This document shows, one piece after another, positions 18,786 to 29,436 of a stretch of DNA of 64,000 nt. Origin of the DNA: a virus; IMG/VR virus record IMGVR_UViG_3300044635_000318, positions 7,901 to 71,900 of that record. One strand, 5' to 3'. Position 1 is the stretch's first letter. Each line of letters starts with the position of its first letter. The translations under genes and the position numbers were made by a program. The notes under the pieces were generated by a model. That model saw nothing but the letters and a program-made list of their open reading frames with translations, was not told the DNA's origin and searched no databases.

Positions 18786-21593
18786 ATGCCTAATAAAAAT
18801 AAGAATTGGATCCAGTCTGCAATCAAAAGACCTGGGGCATTTACAGCTAAAGCTAAGTCTAAAGGAGTATCAGTCCCTAAGCTTATAAGTCAAGTCAAGA
18901 AGAATCCTAGCAAGTACAGCACTAGAACTGTGCGTCAAGCTAATTTGGCTAATACATTACGTAAATTCCAAGCAGCTGGGGCTACAAATGCTCAGATGTA
19001 CTCTACAAAAACTCCTGAAGGGTATTATGATCAGCTCAATCAAGAGCTCTTAGAACTTAATAAAGGATATGCTGAAACTCAAAAGCAACGTCAAGAACAA
19101 CAATCTGCAGCCAATCAAGAAGCTTTAACAAATACAGTACAAACTAGTGCTACTCAGATTGGGAAAGGACTGCAAACAGCTTTAAAAGGGAGTGAAGCAA
19201 CTAACTTAAAGGGTATAGCTCAAGGATTAAAAGGGACATCAGCTGGGACAGGACTTCTTGGGGCAGGATTATCATTAGCAGGAGCTGGGATTCAGAAAGC
19301 GTCTGATGACAAAGATTCTACAAAGTATAACGCTGGGGAAATTGGGGGTGGTTTAATGGGAGGGATTGGGAAAGGATTAGGAGCAGCAGGAACATTAGGA
19401 ATGTTAGCACCTGCATTAGCTGTCCCTGGAATTGGGTGGGCAGCAGCAGGTATTGGGGCTGCAGCAGCTGGAGCTAAGATGCTTATTGATAAGCGTAAAG
19501 CTGTTAAAGAGAAAGAGAAGAATGATGAGATGTTTGCTAAAAGCCGTAGAAGTATTGTAGATGCTCAACAAAAAGCTTTTGAGCAAGAGCGTACTATGGA
19601 AGGTATGGATCAAGGATTTAATATCGGGATGTCTCAAACCAATTCTTACGTTCCTAGCAATCAAAGAATGTACATGAAGAAGGGGGGAGAAATGATCAAG
19701 CGGGCTGATGGTTCATATTCTCAGAGAGGATTGTGGGATAACATTAGAGCTAACAAAGGATCTGGGAAGAAGCCTACTAAGCAAATGTTAGAGCAAGAGA
19801 AAAAGATTAAAGCTGAGATGATGGCCGGAGGCCAAGCTTTAAAAGGGGGTGCTATGCTCCCAATGTCTAACACAGCTGTAGAGTTTGTGGGAAATAAGCA
19901 TAACAAAGGTGGAATTATGCTTGACAGACAAACTGAAGTTGAAGGAGGAGAAACTATGGATAAGGTAATGTTCAAACAAGGAGGAGCTCAAGATTATATC
20001 TTCTCAGATTATCTTAAGCTTGGGGGTAAAACATTTGCTAGTCGTCATAAGAACTTAGTTAAATCAGGGGCATCTAGAGCTCAGATTCAAGAACTAGCTA
20101 AGCTTCAAGAGCAAGTAGCTAAAAAGAAAGGGCGAGATGAGAATGGACCTAGAGACCCTAATAAAATTGCACAAGCTGGGGGAGTAAGGAAATATCAGAA
20201 TGCAGGTGCTCCAGCAACTACTACTGCTTCAAATACCCCACCACCTGAACCGCCTTTTAACCCCTGGGCACCGAGTCTTACAACTACATTTGCCATACAA
20301 GGAAATAGAGGTATTGATAAAGAAACTACTATAGGAGGCCAACCTACAGGTAATTTATCTGGTACAGGGTGGGGACAATATTATTCCCAGTATCCTCTTT
20401 TTGAAGAAAGTCCCGAAAGGTTCTATGATGAGGTGTATACACCTGGAGTAAGAGAATACTTTTCGAATAATCCTGATCAAGCATATGCACAACTGCAAAA
20501 AATGGTAAGAGGAGATGATCCTAATGCAGATAACTTTAGAAAGATACTTCTTGATAAAGATGGGAAGATGCTCCCAAAAGAACAGGCACTTGCAAAAGCA
20601 GAAGAATTAGCAACAGATAAAAATGTTGGATCATTTCATATGCTTCTTCCTCTTGAGAAGCCTAAAGATATGATACCTATACCTATAATACCACCTGGTA
20701 CCATACCTACAAAACCTCCTGGTGGTACCATACCTGGGGATGAAGATAAACCAGGAGATATACCTAAAATACCACCTGGTATTACCATTCCTGAGAAACC
20801 CCCAATTATTCCCCCTTATCAAACTATTGGGCCATTAGCTGCATTAGCAACTAAATACCCTAAAGTTCAAGGGGCAGCTGCTATCCCATCAGGAAGATTA
20901 AATCTCCCTAGAGTAAACTTTAATGCTGAAAGAGCTGCTAGTGCTGCAGGACTTAGTGCTGCTAATAAAGCTTTAGAGAATCAAGTAGCTGGACCAGCAT
21001 CTATTGCCGCTCGTATGGCTCAAACAAATTCTGCTAGAGAAGCTAACTTAAGAACTTCAACTGCTGAAGCTCAAGCTAATAAAGAGTTAGCAGCTAATGA
21101 AGCACAGATTAATGCTGGGATATCATCTCAAAATGCTCAGAGAGGATTACAAGCTAGTATGTTTAATGCTCAGAATGTTAATGCTAGAAATCAAGCAGAG
21201 TATGAGCAAAACTTACTAGGAGCACAAGGGTTAGGGACAGCATTAGCTCAGTATCAGAATGACCTTATGAGTTATAAGTTCACTGAGAGATTAGCACGAG
21301 CTAATCAAATTGATGGGGAGTATGATCGTGCTAAGATGATGGAGAATATGGAGAAGGATGCTAGAAGAAATAAAACTTCCCCATTTAGAGACATGTCCTT
21401 CTACGATAGACGTATGAATGCTGCAGCACTGTATGACCGTACTAGAACATTAGAAGAACAAGAGACTCAGCGTAGAACAGCAATGGTTGAAGGGATGAAA
21501 GCTCAAAACCAACAGCAACAACAAGAAACAGAGCAGAAAAAGAAGGGTGGTAAGTATATCAAGAGGTCTAACAAAATTAACAGAAGAAGATAA
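18786..21593 (+). CDS. virion cargo/ejection protein, modular
   Basis: Gly/Ala-rich hydrophobic segment, GNKHNKGG...EVEGGET...YIFSDYL module, coiled-coil NAQ repeats, xxGG motifs. Confidence 0.7.
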   Translation: MPNKNKNWIQSAIKRPGAFTAKAKSKGVSVPKLISQVKKNPSKYSTRTVRQANLANTLRKFQAAGATNAQMYSTKTPEGYYDQLNQELLELNKGYAETQKQRQEQQSAANQEALTNTVQTSATQIGKGLQTALKGSEATNLKGIAQGLKGTSAGTGLLGAGLSLAGAGIQKASDDKDSTKYNAGEIGGGLMGGIGKGLGAAGTLGMLAPALAVPGIGWAAAGIGAAAAGAKMLIDKRKAVKEKEKNDEMFAKSRRSIVDAQQKAFEQERTMEGMDQGFNIGMSQTNSYVPSNQRMYMKKGGEMIKRADGSYSQRGLWDNIRANKGSGKKPTKQMLEQEKKIKAEMMAGGQALKGGAMLPMSNTAVEFVGNKHNKGGIMLDRQTEVEGGETMDKVMFKQGGAQDYIFSDYLKLGGKTFASRHKNLVKSGASRAQIQELAKLQEQVAKKKGRDENGPRDPNKIAQAGGVRKYQNAGAPATTTASNTPPPEPPFNPWAPSLTTTFAIQGNRGIDKETTIGGQPTGNLSGTGWGQYYSQYPLFEESPERFYDEVYTPGVREYFSNNPDQAYAQLQKMVRGDDPNADNFRKILLDKDGKMLPKEQALAKAEELATDKNVGSFHMLLPLEKPKDMIPIPIIPPGTIPTKPPGGTIPGDEDKPGDIPKIPPGITIPEKPPIIPPYQTIGPLAALATKYPKVQGAAAIPSGRLNLPRVNFNAERAASAAGLSAANKALENQVAGPASIAARMAQTNSAREANLRTSTAEAQANKELAANEAQINAGISSQNAQRGLQASMFNAQNVNARNQAEYEQNLLGAQGLGTALAQYQNDLMSYKFTERLARANQIDGEYDRAKMMENMEKDARRNKTSPFRDMSFYDRRMNAAALYDRTRTLEEQETQRRTAMVEGMKAQNQQQQQETEQKKKGGKYIKRSNKINRRR

Positions 21594-23971
21594 TGCCTGT
21601 ACAGTTTGCACAACCGATATCACAGTTTGTAAATCCTAACTCTGTTGAAATATCTCAAATATTAAGAGATAGATATTTGAGAAGTTTTGCTGCTCAAGAT
21701 GAACTACAGCAAAAGTTATTAGAGCTACAGACTGCCCCATTTGCTGGGGATGTAGCTGCTAGAAACGCTTTGATAGCTGATACAAATAAAAAGTTAGGGG
21801 AATTTGCTGAACGTGGGGACTACGAAAACTTAACAGTTCCTATCGCCAATGTAGCTAGAGAAACATCTAAAAAATTTACCCCATTAGCTCAAAACTATGC
21901 AGCTTATGAAAAAGCTAAACAAGTTGAGCAAGAACGAATGCTGCGTGGGGATATTACAAGAACCCAATACGATAGATGGTTAGAGCGTAGTAAATACACT
22001 TATGACCAAGCATCTGGGGATTACTCTGCATACACTGGAGTACAATTTGATGATACGGGAAATGCAATACAATCTTCATTTTACACTCATACCCCAATCG
22101 CAGCAGCAGTAGATGTTGATAAAGAGATCTTAACTGCACTTAATACATTAGAAAGGGAAAAGACGGGAGGAAGTGTAAGTAGTGGATATGATGAACAAGG
22201 AGGATTAATATTTTACGTTCAAAGAGAAGGTCAAATTGTAGAACGTGTATCTCCTGAAAGAGTAGATGCAGCTGTTAGAGAAGTACTTAATCGTAGTAAT
22301 GTTAGATCTTATTTAGATCAAGAAGCTGAGTTCCAAATCTTTGATTTAAATGACCAAGAATTAAGCGTACTTTTAGGGCAAAAGGCTCAATCACGTAATC
22401 AAAGCATTCGTGGGTTAGCTGCAGATGCTATGCGAGGTTCTACAGGAGATAAAAGATCAGCTTTAAAAGAGATTATGGATGTTGAAAATACTTCTAAATA
22501 CTTAACCTACGGAAGAAACATTGTAGGTCCTGGAAGTAGATATGGGGGAGGAGTAACTAGAAGGTTTGAAGCTGATTTTACTGAAGCTGTGTATGGATCT
22601 GCCCCAACAGCTCCGCCTCCAGCCCCAGTAAATCCTTCTACAAACGGACAACCACTTTCAGTCCCAAGCGCATTTTATGATACAAATGAAAAAGCTATTA
22701 CGCAAGAAAAGTTAGATCAAACATTAAAAGAGAATAGACAACTTGCTACAACTTCTGTAGGATTAATTAAAAATAACTATGGAAAAGTATTCGATCATTT
22801 AATGGGACTTGCTGGAATTACTGAACATCAAAGACATAGACTAGCAGGTAATGACCCTCAAGCTTATAGCAATATTATGTTACAAGTTGGGAGACAGTTA
22901 CAAGGAATGACAAATCAACAACTTATAGAGGCAGCAAATAAAAGTGCTGATCCAAATGGGGCGTTTACATATCTACAAGCTCAAAGAGCACAGTTTAATA
23001 AACATCAAGCTATTATCAAAGCTGGGGAAGACTTTAATGCTACAGTAAGAAATGATGTAGGATTAACCTCAGATAAATTGATTGATGGGGCATTAGAAAT
23101 GTATGCTACTGGATATCAAGAGAGTGGAGTCAATAATCCTATTGCAGTCGATGATGTACCAGATGTATTAAATGCACAGACATTTGTAAACACAGTTTAT
23201 AGAATGCGTAAAGCATTAGGAGTAGATGATACTTTGATAAGAAGAGAGATTACATCTTCACTTTCAACACATTATGGATTAGATGCTACTGAAGCTGATC
23301 AACTTCTTAAGAATAAGAATACTGAGGCCATTGACCATAGATTAGTAGACTATTACGAACAGGTAAGAGCGGAAAGATCAGAACTTTTTAATGAAAAGTT
23401 AGGAACTTACTCTAATGCTACATTAACAATGAAAGAATTTGTTAATGCTCCTGGGGATAGAAGTAAAAACTTTGCAGATTCTGAGGCGATGAGGAAAACT
23501 GCGGTAGGTAATACTACATCTGGAATGAACATGGCTGGATTAACAGATATGCAGGGAGTAACTATCCCAGACTCTAAAATAACTAGATTAGCATTTACCA
23601 CAGTTCTTCAAAATGGGACAGCTATCCCAGCAGTATCTTTAGTGTTAGAAGATAAAACTCCAGTTATTGTTAGATATGAGGAAATCTTTACAAATGAAGG
23701 ATTTAAAAATCATATTTTAAGTCCAAAAACTGCAGATATATTAGGGGAAGCGTATACTTACACATACAATAACCCTGCATCAAGTGCTAAAGGAGCTCCT
23801 GCAGTAATCACTAGAAGTTTTTCTGACGGAGTATTGATAGCTAGACTATATCCAGTTGTTGGGGGTAATAACTCATTTGCAGGGTATGGAAAGGTAGAAA
23901 CTGAGTTTAATGGACAAAAAGCTGAAATGAGTTTTGATGAGTTTTTGTATTACTATAATACTATGGAATAA
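21593..23971 (+). CDS. virion cargo/ejection protein
   Basis: 792 aa; coupled to neighbours by TAATG on both sides; crAss-like position. Confidence 0.65.
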   Translation: MPVQFAQPISQFVNPNSVEISQILRDRYLRSFAAQDELQQKLLELQTAPFAGDVAARNALIADTNKKLGEFAERGDYENLTVPIANVARETSKKFTPLAQNYAAYEKAKQVEQERMLRGDITRTQYDRWLERSKYTYDQASGDYSAYTGVQFDDTGNAIQSSFYTHTPIAAAVDVDKEILTALNTLEREKTGGSVSSGYDEQGGLIFYVQREGQIVERVSPERVDAAVREVLNRSNVRSYLDQEAEFQIFDLNDQELSVLLGQKAQSRNQSIRGLAADAMRGSTGDKRSALKEIMDVENTSKYLTYGRNIVGPGSRYGGGVTRRFEADFTEAVYGSAPTAPPPAPVNPSTNGQPLSVPSAFYDTNEKAITQEKLDQTLKENRQLATTSVGLIKNNYGKVFDHLMGLAGITEHQRHRLAGNDPQAYSNIMLQVGRQLQGMTNQQLIEAANKSADPNGAFTYLQAQRAQFNKHQAIIKAGEDFNATVRNDVGLTSDKLIDGALEMYATGYQESGVNNPIAVDDVPDVLNAQTFVNTVYRMRKALGVDDTLIRREITSSLSTHYGLDATEADQLLKNKNTEAIDHRLVDYYEQVRAERSELFNEKLGTYSNATLTMKEFVNAPGDRSKNFADSEAMRKTAVGNTTSGMNMAGLTDMQGVTIPDSKITRLAFTTVLQNGTAIPAVSLVLEDKTPVIVRYEEIFTNEGFKNHILSPKTADILGEAYTYTYNNPASSAKGAPAVITRSFSDGVLIARLYPVVGGNNSFAGYGKVETEFNGQKAEMSFDEFLYYYNTME

Positions 23972-26900
23972 TGGAGCCAGAAAACGTAGAACTAAATCCT
24001 ATTACTAATCTTCCAGTAAGAAAAGCTCCAGTTAATCCTATTACTGGGAAACCATTAACTCAATCTCAGCTAAGTTCCCCATTCACTGGGGATCCAATGG
24101 CTTATGGGTTTACTCGTGATATGTCAGAATATACTGACTATGGAGTAAAAGTTACCCCTTATCAAGATATTGAAGAAGCTAGAGCAGAAGCTCAACCTGG
24201 GTATGAACAAGCTTACAGAGGAACTCTAAAAGCTCTTGGTACATTCGGAACGTCAGTTGGGATGGTAATAGCTGGCTCCGTCGAAGGTCTTTTAAGATTA
24301 GAAGATCAATTTGCAGTTGGGGGATTAGATAACGTAAATATTAGTAGAGCATTTGGGGAAGAAAATGAGACAAATAAATACTTAAATCAGTTAAATGAGG
24401 AACTACGTGAATCTATCCCAAATTATAAAACTCAAGAAGAGATTCAATCAATTGGGACATTTGGGGGAATGTTCAATACAAATTTTATTTTTGATGATGC
24501 TTTAAATGGATTTGCATTTTTAGGGGGAGCAGCAGCAACAGCTTGGTTAACTGGAGGGGCCGGAATATCAGGAGCTGTAGGAGGTGCAGCTGGATCGCTT
24601 GGGAGATTTGCAATGTTATCCCCTAGAGTTGCTGCTGGTGTGAATGCTTTAAAAGCTTCTAGAGCTGCTCAAGCATCTTTTTCTGCTGCAAATGCAGCTA
24701 AAATGAGGGCTGCAGCTTTTGCAACAGCAGTTAAAGCTACCCCAGCACTTAAAGCTGCGAGTAATCTCCCAGGAGCTGCTGCTGCAGGTAGAGTTGGGAG
24801 TAAATTATTTAGTGTAAATTCAATTCGAGGTCTTGAGACTGGGTTTTTAATGTCTACTTCAGAAGCTGCAGTAGAAGCATTTGAAGTTAAAAACCAGTAC
24901 AAAGAAAAGTTAATTCAAGAAGCTTTAAAAAAGTACAACGTAGAATCAGAATATGATCTTCCTGTTCAAGTTCAACAGAACATTAATCAGTTAGCTGAAA
25001 ACGTAGGAGCAGTATCTTTCTCAGCAAACCTCCCGATGTTAATGGCTACTAACATGTTTGCATTTAGACAGTTACTTCGTCCTGTATTAGCCCCAAGAAT
25101 TGCAGGGTTAAGTATGAAAGCAGGAAAAGCTGTTTATGCTCCTGGAAGTAAAGCATTAAGAGTTGGGAAAGTATTGGGGGCAGAATCTCTTAGTGAAGCC
25201 ATTCAAGAAGGATATCAGTGGGGAATTCAAGAAACATTAATCAATCAAGATCTTAATAAGTATAATGATTTTGGGTCAGCTGATATGTTCTATGGATTAG
25301 CTAAAGCAAGAGAGAATGATTTTATAGACGCTTTAAAAAAGACCCCAGAATTAGTCGGGAAACTTGCTGAAGCTCCATTCAATCCAGAAGGAAGGCACGC
25401 AATGATTTTAGGGGGATTGATTGGGGGAATAGTGTCTGGAATTAGATTATCTACTGGAAATCAATTTGAACAAGAAGATAAAAGAGGTGAAGCTGCTAAA
25501 GAGTTTTTAAACTCTGAGTTCTTTGGGAATTTACAGCAACGAGCTGCTCGATCTAATCGTGTATCAACTCACCTTAAGAACAAAGAAATCTTTGAAAAAG
25601 AAGGGAATACTGAGGCAGCTGAAAGAGAATTAGCAGCTATATTCCAAGAAGAAGCTTTATTTCACGTACAAAACGGATCTTGGGATGTCTTCTTAGAGCG
25701 TTTAGCGTTAGAAGCTGAAAAGCCATTAGATGAGTTTAAGAAGGATTTTGATATCCAAGATGATAACTACACTGCAGAAGATCAAAAGAAAACGGTTAAG
25801 AAATTAGCTGAGCAGTTAACAGACTTAGCAATATACAGTGATTCATTATCCTTTTTATTTCCTACAATCGAACGTCCTACAGGGTTAAAAAGAACACTAA
25901 CCTCTAAGAAAAGAATGCAGGAGATTGATGATCAGATTAAAGAACAAGAAATAATTAGAGGAGCTATTCTTAGGTCTCACTTTACAATTGGGAATCTTAA
26001 TGAGAAGATTACTGAGACTGCAGAAAGAATGAAACAGGAAATTCCTGAGATAGCTAATATGATTGATGACATTGTCAATACACGTAGAAGCTTATTTGGG
26101 GAATTGTTTTCTAAAGCTGAACGAGCTCAAAAAGATATTAAAGATGAAGAGCTTTATAACAGCATTAAGATTAAGAGCGATGAGTTAGTAGATAAATTAA
26201 ACAAGGCAGCTGAAGGAATACAAGATCCTGTACATCAAGTACTGTTTAATATCTATGCTCAAAAATTAGTTGATTTAACTCAAGAGCGAGATAACTACGA
26301 ACTTGCTAAAAACAATTTGGTTCGTTCCCCTAGTAAGAGAGATTTATTTGTAAGTAGAACAAAACTTGCTGAAGAAAATAAAATTTTTGAGGCTAGGGAA
26401 AAGGTATTAAAAGAAGCTATTGAATCAGCTAAAACATCTAAAGAACTTGCAGATCAAAAAGCTTCTTTAGGGAAAGAAATCGATAGCCACCCAGAACTTA
26501 AACTTCAACTTTCGAATGCTATTACAGCTAAGCTGAAAGAAGAGAATGATATTAATGAAAGATTTAATGGATTAACTCTAACAGAAGTAAAAGCTTTAAC
26601 AGGACTTTCCCCACAAGAAGAGTACGTTAGAAAGCTGCATTTAGCTAAAAGAGCTCAAGAATCCCCTATTACCCCTAAGAAAGAACAAGCTAAAAAAGAA
26701 CCCCCTAAAAAGCCAGAAGAGAAAAAAGAAAAGGAGGAAAAACCAGAAGGGAAAAAGAGTACAAAAGAAAAACTTAAATCACGTCGTAAAAAACAAGGGG
26801 AGCAATTACGTAAGAAAGTTGGGAGTTTAATATCTCTTCGTAATCATAATCGTACAACAATCAATCAGCAAACTTTTGGGGAGTTTGAAGTTGAAGAAGT

Positions 26901-29403
26901 TGATGGTAAATCTTATGTTGTTGTAGATAGTAAAGGTTCCCCAAATGAAGGGAACAGTAGAAGGCTAAATGGGGCCCCAATAATCAATCATGGGCTAATG
27001 AATAGCCCTAATATAAAGATAGGAGACACTGTAGAATTAAAAGTTATTGAAGATGATTGGTGGACATCAAATCCTAATGTTCCTAGAGATCATATTCAAG
27101 CTCCTATATATATCTTAGTTAAAGGTGTCCCTATTGGAATTCTTCAAAGTGGGGATCATCCAGTACGAGAAGCTGCATGGAATGCACATATCAACAAGAC
27201 AGGGGAAGTAATCTCAACCACAATTACTGAAAAGAATAGAGGATACATATTTAATGCTGTTCAAGCAGATGGAGAGAGTAGAGAAAAGTATTTCTATAGC
27301 TTAAAAACTGTAGAAAATGATTTACTAGCTTCTGAATACAATGTCCCTAACGTATTAGGGGTAGTAAAAAATGATGGGGAGATTGAGTTAAATATTGTCC
27401 CTAAAGAAGAAGATGCTTTTGAACTACAAGATAAAATTGCTGCAGAATTAAAAGCCGATGGATTAACTCCTGGACAAGTCTTCATGGTGCAGGTATCCCC
27501 TAATGGGAAGATAACAATTCTCCCATTACAAACCGCTACTTTAAATCAAATAGCTAGAGACCAGGCTGCACAGTTACTCGATAACTTAATTGAATTTGAA
27601 AAAGTTGTCGGGACAACTAACTTGTCAACTATACTTAATGTTGCTGACGAAGGTTTAGGGGAATTATCCCCATTAGCAGTAGAACCAACTTCTGGGGATA
27701 TTATATTTAAACCTGTTGGGGACTCAGTACCTGCTGAATTAATGCAGGCTGCTGAAGCAATGGGAGGAAATCTATTCATTAGAATTCCCGCAAGCTTATT
27801 AAAGCAAATGTGGAATAGGGAGGAAGTTAAGTTTGATCAAGCTACATTCTTAGATTTATTAGTTTATGTCCAAACAAAGGAAAACGATGATGGGACAACT
27901 AAACAAGTGTTTGAACAGTATCATCAAAAACTTTCGGGGGAAGAATATTCGAAATTAATTGGGATGTTAAAACCTCAAATCGCTTACATATTTAATGATC
28001 TGTTATTAGTTAAGAGGTACAATGTAAACATTGCAACATTATCAAACTCTAAAGCTTACACTGAAGAGTACACATCTAGCTTTACTGGGAATACATATAA
28101 GAATTATTATGAGTACTTAACTGCTGAAGAAGAAAACGCTTCTGAACGTAATGGGACTGCAGCAATATTAGGAGCTTCATTCACTAACGTAAACAAAAGT
28201 CTTGATGGATCTGGGGGATCTGTATTCTATGATACAGAAATTAAACTAAATCCTGAGTATAGTGTCAATGGGGTAGCTGTAACAGCTCAAGTAGAAGATA
28301 CTCCTGCAGAGACATACGAAGAAGAAACAGAAGAAGCAGAAGAAACTCAAGCTCCTGAAACTAAAACTGAGACTGAAGCTAATTTAGATGCTTTATTTAA
28401 TCCTGAAAGTACTCAACCAACTACTGTTCCCACAAACGCTACCCCCATTCCTGTAGTTAAAATTATATCTGGAGGACAGACAGGAGCTGATAGACTAGGA
28501 TTAGAAATTGCCAAAGAATTAGGGATTGAGACTGGAGGAGTAGCTCCTAGAGGGTACAAAACTGAAAGTGGGAGTGATGCAAGTTTAAAAGATTTTGGAT
28601 TAAGTGAAGACAGTTCTTCTGATTACAATCCACGTACAGAGAAAAATGTAAAAGCATCTGATGCTACAGTAATTTTTGGGGACATCAACTCTGCAGGATC
28701 TAAACTTACTGTAAAGCTTTTAAATCAAAATAATAAACCCTACGTTGTTAACCCTTCGGCAGAAGAACTTTCCAACTTCTTAAAAACGAATAATGTAAAG
28801 GTACTTAACGTAGCAGGGAATCGAGGAAGTAAATTAACTCCTTCACAAATAGAAAGCTATAAAAATACTTTACGTACAGCTCTACAACCTACACAACCAA
28901 CTACTGTTACTAAAGATGCTAAGATTAATGTAAAAGGCGCTTTGGTGTCACAAGGTACGTCTATAGAACTCGAGATAGTAGGAGATACAGGTAAGCCATT
29001 TTTACTAACTGTAGATAGAAAAGGTAAGATTACTCTATTTTCTGAGAAACAACTTGATGGTAGTTATATTGCAGGAGAGTATGCTCCAAAAGAAGCAGTG
29101 GATAAGTTATACAACAAATATGTTCCTGAAAAAACAAGAGAAGCTATAACTAATTGGGTAAATGCCTTTACTGGTTCTTGGGCTGCTCCAGAAACAGAAG
29201 ATGGTAAAAGATTCGATAAAGTAGAAAAATCACTTAATGCAGAACTATCTGCCTTAGAACCTACTCAACCTACTGAACAACAAAAAGAAGATAAACCTAA
29301 AAAAGAAAGAAGGGGCCCTAAAAGTTTTAATGATTTTAATGTTGAAGAAGAAGAAGGAAGGGATATTGCTAACCATTGTAATAATGATGATCCTCCGTTT
29401 TAA
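23971..29403 (+). CDS. giant virion protein (precedes RNAP) with C-terminal SLOG/MoCo-carrier-like domain
   Basis: 1810 aa; hydrophobic G/A-rich N-terminal part, coiled coils; IISGGQTGAD...RTEKNV...VLNVAGNR near the C-terminus. Confidence 0.75.
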   Translation: MEPENVELNPITNLPVRKAPVNPITGKPLTQSQLSSPFTGDPMAYGFTRDMSEYTDYGVKVTPYQDIEEARAEAQPGYEQAYRGTLKALGTFGTSVGMVIAGSVEGLLRLEDQFAVGGLDNVNISRAFGEENETNKYLNQLNEELRESIPNYKTQEEIQSIGTFGGMFNTNFIFDDALNGFAFLGGAAATAWLTGGAGISGAVGGAAGSLGRFAMLSPRVAAGVNALKASRAAQASFSAANAAKMRAAAFATAVKATPALKAASNLPGAAAAGRVGSKLFSVNSIRGLETGFLMSTSEAAVEAFEVKNQYKEKLIQEALKKYNVESEYDLPVQVQQNINQLAENVGAVSFSANLPMLMATNMFAFRQLLRPVLAPRIAGLSMKAGKAVYAPGSKALRVGKVLGAESLSEAIQEGYQWGIQETLINQDLNKYNDFGSADMFYGLAKARENDFIDALKKTPELVGKLAEAPFNPEGRHAMILGGLIGGIVSGIRLSTGNQFEQEDKRGEAAKEFLNSEFFGNLQQRAARSNRVSTHLKNKEIFEKEGNTEAAERELAAIFQEEALFHVQNGSWDVFLERLALEAEKPLDEFKKDFDIQDDNYTAEDQKKTVKKLAEQLTDLAIYSDSLSFLFPTIERPTGLKRTLTSKKRMQEIDDQIKEQEIIRGAILRSHFTIGNLNEKITETAERMKQEIPEIANMIDDIVNTRRSLFGELFSKAERAQKDIKDEELYNSIKIKSDELVDKLNKAAEGIQDPVHQVLFNIYAQKLVDLTQERDNYELAKNNLVRSPSKRDLFVSRTKLAEENKIFEAREKVLKEAIESAKTSKELADQKASLGKEIDSHPELKLQLSNAITAKLKEENDINERFNGLTLTEVKALTGLSPQEEYVRKLHLAKRAQESPITPKKEQAKKEPPKKPEEKKEKEEKPEGKKSTKEKLKSRRKKQGEQLRKKVGSLISLRNHNRTTINQQTFGEFEVEEVDGKSYVVVDSKGSPNEGNSRRLNGAPIINHGLMNSPNIKIGDTVELKVIEDDWWTSNPNVPRDHIQAPIYILVKGVPIGILQSGDHPVREAAWNAHINKTGEVISTTITEKNRGYIFNAVQADGESREKYFYSLKTVENDLLASEYNVPNVLGVVKNDGEIELNIVPKEEDAFELQDKIAAELKADGLTPGQVFMVQVSPNGKITILPLQTATLNQIARDQAAQLLDNLIEFEKVVGTTNLSTILNVADEGLGELSPLAVEPTSGDIIFKPVGDSVPAELMQAAEAMGGNLFIRIPASLLKQMWNREEVKFDQATFLDLLVYVQTKENDDGTTKQVFEQYHQKLSGEEYSKLIGMLKPQIAYIFNDLLLVKRYNVNIATLSNSKAYTEEYTSSFTGNTYKNYYEYLTAEEENASERNGTAAILGASFTNVNKSLDGSGGSVFYDTEIKLNPEYSVNGVAVTAQVEDTPAETYEEETEEAEETQAPETKTETEANLDALFNPESTQPTTVPTNATPIPVVKIISGGQTGADRLGLEIAKELGIETGGVAPRGYKTESGSDASLKDFGLSEDSSSDYNPRTEKNVKASDATVIFGDINSAGSKLTVKLLNQNNKPYVVNPSAEELSNFLKTNNVKVLNVAGNRGSKLTPSQIESYKNTLRTALQPTQPTTVTKDAKINVKGALVSQGTSIELEIVGDTGKPFLLTVDRKGKITLFSEKQLDGSYIAGEYAPKEAVDKLYNKYVPEKTREAITNWVNAFTGSWAAPETEDGKRFDKVEKSLNAELSALEPTQPTEQQKEDKPKKERRGPKSFNDFNVEEEEGRDIANHCNNDDPPF

Positions 29404-29436
29404 TTCTAATTGCTATATTTACAAATAATTTAAGTT

